DNA of 41,366 nucleotides from Octopus bimaculoides (Eukaryota), in NCBI RefSeq assembly GCF_001194135.2, contig NC_068987.1, forward strand, positions 43,249,068 through 43,290,433, given 5' to 3'. A model generated the notes under the pieces. It ran no database searches. It worked only from the letters and a program-made list of their open reading frames with translations, and was not told the DNA's origin. Position numbers and translations under genes: made by a program. Positions 35,830 to 41,366 of this stretch are shown piece by piece. Each line of letters opens with the position of its first letter. The stretch's first letter is position 1.

Positions 35830-38703
35830 CGCCCCCCCTTGATCTAAAGATCACTGCCCTGCTATTCTGTCCCGTAATCATACATCCACCTGGAGGGGAT
35901 GACGTTCCCTTAGATAACTCCATAGGGTCTTGGGACCACCTTCTCCTCCCCTTCATCATTGGAAGAGCTAATCACCCTTCAAATATATCTAGGATGTGAC
36001 ATGGCATTCCATCCTCTGATACATTATTCAAAATACTGATTGTGGTCACTTACCTTTTTCTCACTGCATTGCACACTGAGCATTTGGGGGCTTCATCCAT
36101 ACTTCATCTCCAACCTTCACAGATGTAATCCCTTCCACTTCTTGTTCCTATGGCACCACACTTGGGTGTCTCCATTTGTATAAGAATATGACCCTGTGCA
36201 GGACTGACTCTTCAGCTTGCCCTATCCTGGGTGACATGTTATACCAGAAGACTGCCTCCATAGCAGAGATTTGTCCCCTGTCAGTCATGGCTTTAATCAT
36301 ACGGTGGTGCCGTTCCACAATCCCATTTCCACCTGGCCTGTATGCGTCTCTGAAAAAGCATCTTGTGCTCCAACTTTCAGGCATCTCTATCAGCTCCTCT
36401 GAGTGAAAAACTGAGCTGTTATCCATCAATAGCTTGTCTACAGGACCCCTTTCCAAAAACACCACATTCAGCACCTCTGTGAGCTCGGCAGCAGTCTTCA
36501 CTGTGATTTCTCTCCATATAGCCATTCGCCCTGCTCCACAGTCAATCATTGAAAGGTACATCTTTCTCTGATAGTGTGTCACATCAATGACCAGCCTCTT
36601 CCATTCTTCCTCTACCTGAATCTTTCCTGATTTGTGTGTGTTTGGGGCAGGATCAATTAACTGGCACCCACTACAGTTCCCCACTAACCTATGAACACTC
36701 TCCCTAGTGACATCAGGGTTGACCATCCTTGCCAAAAACATCATCCTGTTGACCCCCATATGGTGCACATTGTGCAGCCTCATTAGTTCTGTGACCTCCA
36801 ATCAACAAACTACCACCACCTCACCTGGAACATCCTCTACTGTTTCCAACCAATTTTTTTCACTCTAATTAGAATGCTCACCTGATTCTTTTCTGAGGGT
36901 ACGAACACCACATGCAGTTACAAGGCTAACTCAGCATCTTGCTCCCTCAAGATTCCGAGACGATAATTGATCATCATTTCCACAGCCCCTTTCCTGCGAA
37001 TCCTCTTCCGGCTGGTGATCACTGACTCCACCCACCCTCACATGTTGACAAAATCAGTCTAGATCTCAACTGCTCGCAGTCTCCATCTCAATGTTAGGTT
37101 GACGGCCTTCAACACAGCATCTGGTTCAGTTACATCGGTATGGTTGTAATCGTCCTTCTTTCTAAGCCATACTGTGTCTTCCACCTTGACACCTCCTATT
37201 TCCAGCATGACTCCCAATGCTATGTTGCTTGTGTCGCACCACACGATCCTTTGTGTAAGGCATGTACCAGCTGCCTCTCACTAGATCCTCCACTCGCACT
37301 CTCTCCAAGACCTCTTGCATCATCACTATCATCATCTCTCCCACTTTATTACACCAGTTCTCTCCTTCTGCTTGCCTTTTGAGATAGCTACATGCTGTTT
37401 GGGGCCATCCTGCGACAGGGTAGTGGCCCACCAACTACCCAAACATTGAGAACAGTTCTCATCTATTCATATTCTGTTACAAGTCTGGGGTCTCGTTTTC
37501 TCTGCAAAACACAAGCTTACCCACTTTGTCTATTTTGAGCCTAAACCCCAGCGCCATATAGTCTCTGGCAGTTTTACTGTCAGCCTGAACCTCCTCAGAT
37601 GGTCCACGATTTCCTCTGCCAATACCACATTTTCATCTACTAAGATATCGTCAATATATGAGCTGGTAGCCTGCTCCACTTTGGCCTCTTTACCCAAAAC
37701 CGTTTTGATGACCTTCGCCATGATCTTTGGTGCTGAATACAACCTGAAATCCTGTCGAGTCAGGCAGTATGTTCTACCTCTGTACCTCACCAGTTGGTAC
37801 TTCTACAACTTCTCTGATACATGGAGCTGCAGATAGGGTGACTTGAGGTTGACGATCGTAATTTCCCCCCTCATTCACCGCCACTCATGGAAGGTTTCTC
37901 CACACAAATCCGCTACCTCGCCTCCTATATGACAGGACACATTTTTGTTCAGTTCCCTGAAGTCTAGCACCAGTCAAACCTTATTCTTTGTTGGCTGAAC
38001 CACAGCCATCAACGGCAGCACACCACCCGTCGTTTCTTCACTCCATGGCACCAGAATACCCTCCTCTATCCACCTGTTCACCTCTCTCTCGAACTCAAAC
38101 CTGACTTCTCCTTTCAGAGTATGCTCATAGCAGCTCACCCTGTTTCTCAGTACGGGAGGTTCTCCTTTCAAGAAATACTCCTCCGTCCATTTTTTGCCTT
38201 CAATTAGTAGTGGAGGGAACTAGTGGCGCAGTAGTCCCCCTTCATTCCTTTCCCTGCTTGCAGTTTTACGTTATGTGCCCAGGGTAGCTGCATCGGTAAC
38301 ACACCACCATTGGCTTCGGTTCTGTGCACTCCCTGACCATGTGCGGACCTCGACATCTGAAACATGATCCCTTGGTCATTTGAATTACCAGACTCTTGCT
38401 GTTGTTTGCTACCTGCCTTTTCGTCCCACTGGTAACCATCGTCACTGTTGCCGCTACATCTGAAGTGTTACCTTGCATCAACACACGATTTATCAATCAT
38501 CTCTCCTACTGACATCATTTCAATGTCTGTGCTGCTTCACTATTAATCTCAACTTCTTTATCTAGGCCACCACATCACCTTCGCTGGTGAACGGTCTCAA
38601 CACATTTCCGATTTCGATTTTTGTGGCCATTACAAACAAAGAACAACAAAATTTATAGAAAATCTACTTCTCAGATGTAGCCACACGACATGCCAAAACA
38701 GCT

Positions 38704-38928
38704 TGTGGTTTGAAGGCACATAAATAAAATAGTTCTCCCCTCGACTTGCAATCAGGTACCACTGGCAGATTGATCAATTCTTCACTCATGTTGTCGCAAC
38801 CAGTCTATCTCTATGACTCGTGTCTGTCGTTGCTCATATACCCAGGAAAAACCAAAAGCAGAGAAAAACTTTTCTTCTCACTGGCTGATATGACTTCTCT
38901 CATCACTTCCAGTCTTCCTTTCACCATA
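38704..38928 (-). repeat. 5' LTR of the Gypsy element
   Basis: Direct repeat of 35626-35829, with an extra stretch of about 20 bp. Confidence 0.85.
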
Positions 38929-39489
38929 GAAATTCCTGCCTGGACGACTTTTAGGTTAATAATTAATGGATCATTTCCAAAAGTCCTTGCCTTGGTAGTG
39001 CTCCATTGAAGAGGGGGGAGTCTTTGTTGGTCCAAGATAAGACATGTAAAATGTAGGGAGAACATTAAAACCACCTTATACATACTCTTATTTAACAAAC
39101 ACAGATTGACTTCTGGAATCATGCCAAATGGCTGCTATTACATGTTGGGCTGATTAAGCTTTAGGCTGAGTGTGTAACAAGGCTTATTTAGATTTCCAGC
39201 TCTGAGCCACAGCTTACTCAGCCATAAAAGTCTTGAGCCAGCCCCTTGAGAGAACAAAATGCTTATATAAATATTTACCAACTGTCATATTGTTTTCAAT
39301 AATAAATGAAGCAGGCAGATTTCATACAATGTTTTATCTTTTGCTTACATTGTAGAACTGAATTATTTATATAGTAGCATACCCTTGTCAAAAATACTGA
39401 CAATTTTATTAATGATACAAAATGGTGCATCAACAGAATGGAAGAAACCATTGATAAATGTCAGCAATCTAGTAAATATATGTACATCC

Positions 39490-40010
39490 TCATCATCATT
39501 TAACATCCATTGTCCTTGCTGGCATGGGTTGGACAGTTTGACCAAGGCTGGTAAGCTGGAAGGCTGCACCAGATTCCAGTCTGATTTGGCATGATTTCTT
39601 TGATTGGATGCCCTTCCTAATGCCAACCACTCTGAGAGTATAATGGGTGCTTTTATGTGCCACTGGCATGGGTGTCATTTGCATGACATCAGTATCTGCC
39701 ATAACTGTGATTTTACTTGGCTTGATGGGTCTTCTCCTCAAGCACAACATAATGCCAAAGGTCTTGGTCATTTTTCATTGCCTCCATGAAGTCCAACACT
39801 CAAAAAGAGCTTTTCACATGCCACCGGCATCAGCTGCTTTACCTCTGTGAGGCCCAACACTCAAAAGGTGCTTTTTACACATGCCACCAGCATAGGTGCC
39901 AATTATTTTACACCAGCATTGACCACGATTGTGATTTCACTTGGTTTGATGGGTCTTCTCAAGCACAGCATATTGCCAAAGGTCTTGGTTACTAGCCATT
40001 GCCACTGTGA
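39490..40010 (-). mobile_element. Older long SINE copy with internal repeats of about 60 bp
   Basis: catcatcatttaacatccattgtcc...ggatgcccttcctaatgccaacc; repeated cccaacactcaaaa..tgccacc units. Confidence 0.7.
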
Positions 40011-40164
40011 AGCCCAAAGTTTGAAGATCATGCTTCACCACCTCATCCCATGCCTTAGAATTGATGCACTTGAAGTATCAGATACAGTTGTAACGTCTCA
40101 GTTGAAAATACCGTCCACATGTATCATGTGTGTGTGTGCATGCATGCATATATTCATATACATA

Positions 40165-40450
40165 TCATCATCATCATCATCATCATCATTGTTTAACATC
40201 TGTTTTCTATGCTGGCATGGGTTAGATGGTTTGACTGAGGATTGGCAAACCAGCAGGCTGCACCAAGCTCCACTCTGGTCAGGCAAGGTTTCTACAGCCA
40301 GATGCCCTTCCTGATGCCAACCACTCCAAGAGTGTAGTGGGTGTTTTTTACATGCCACCAGCACAGGAGTCAGTTAGGCAGCAGTGGCATCGACCATGTT
40401 CAGATGGTGCTTTTAACATACCACCAGCATGAGGAGCCAGTCAGGCAGGA
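40165..40450 (-). mobile_element. SINE copy of the same family, moderately diverged
   Basis: (cat)n tail, gctggcatgggttagatgg, gatgcccttcctgatgccaacc. Confidence 0.75.
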
Positions 40451-40460
40451 TACATATATA

Positions 40461-40499
<39 letters not shown>

Positions 40500-41082
40500 G
40501 AGCATACATAGAGGTAGGCACCGTTAATTGAAGAGTTAACTTCGTTAATCATTAATCTGTTAACGTTAACCTTTATTGAAAAAAGGCATAACTACAGTTT
40601 GATACCCCATCAACTTTGTTGCCTCATAACTTCCATAAAAATGGACACATTTTAATGAAACTTATATCGCTTATATCCTGTAGATTGAGTGTATGTAAAG
40701 ATTTGTTGGAAAAAAATTCTCCAAGGGGTTGGAGAGAGGAGTTTCAGAAAATTCACAGGACCCAAAAGTTATATATTTATATATGCATAAATTAATCCTA
40801 TAAAACTCTCTGACGAAGCCTAAAGGCATACCCACATACCCTTATTTTATCTACAGATTACTACAATACACTGAAAAGATGATGTAACATATGGAGTACT
40901 GTGACCTCTTGGCTGAAACAGCTGTAAGAAACTGGTCTTCTTTCTCCATTCTAGAAATTACTAATATTTTACACATGAATTTATATAATATCTGAACTGT
41001 TTAAATTAAATAAATAGACATTATATAATGTCTAACAGCTGATGAATACTACCTCTGGATTCCCTCCATTTCCTTCTTACAC

Positions 41083-41132
<50 letters not shown>

Positions 41133-41179
41133 GTATATATATGTATATATATATATATGTATGTATATATATATATATG

Positions 41180-41366
41180 TCATCATCATCGTTTAACGTC
41201 CGCTTTCCATGCTAGCATGGGTTGGACGATTTGACTGAGGACTGGTGAAACCGGATGGCAACACCAGGCTCCAGTCTGATTTGGCAGAGTTTCTACAGCT
41301 GGATGCCCTTCCTAACGCCAACCACTCAGAGAGTGTAGTGGGTGCTTTTACGTGTCACCCGCACGA
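41180..41366 (-). mobile_element. Young SINE copy (cut by the window end)
   Basis: Near-identical reverse complement of 1-185. Confidence 0.85.

Larger units (their letters stand above)
35626..38928 (-). mobile_element. Ty3/Gypsy LTR retrotransposon, internally deleted, both LTRs present
   Basis: LTRs at 35626-35829 and 38704-38928 (about 85% identical by eye); 5-bp TSD GAAAT (35621-25 and 38929-33); G-rich PPT next to the 3' LTR (about 35830-35840). Gag zinc knuckles (CFRC..PH, CYRC..GH), RT YIDD, RNase H CDTS, integrase HH-CC and D..D..E, in the order RT-RH-IN. Confidence 0.9.

Noticed and set aside
41039-41045. Isolated CTGATGA
   Set aside because: No stem II or GAAA follows.

Overview
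AT-rich, repeat-dense animal genomic DNA. The SINE/LINE/microsatellite landscape looks like a coleoid cephalopod (Octopus); that taxon call is from my recall of these repeats, not a search. One host gene is present: the 3' part of UQCRC2 (cytochrome bc1 core protein 2, M16 family), + strand. I traced 12 coding exons (597-29914, 1251 nt, 416 aa + stop), all with AG/GT ends and consistent phases; the 5' exon(s) with the start codon lie upstream of the window. Introns and the 3' flank hold a hAT (Buster/ZBED5-like) transposon with TIRs and TSD carrying a nested SINE and a nested CR1-type LINE, two mariners, RTE and CR1 LINE fragments, a Penelope-like fragment, an internally deleted Ty3/Gypsy element with both LTRs and a TSD, and many SINE copies. 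Best lead: a frame-preserving 21-nt candidate microexon (19003-19023) with strong splice sites and upstream UGC/UGCAUG motifs. Four N-gaps (9286-9576, 10583-11088, 18057-18174, 20867-20876) make several ORF-track entries artefactual. No CRISPR array, rRNA or intact tRNA gene was seen.
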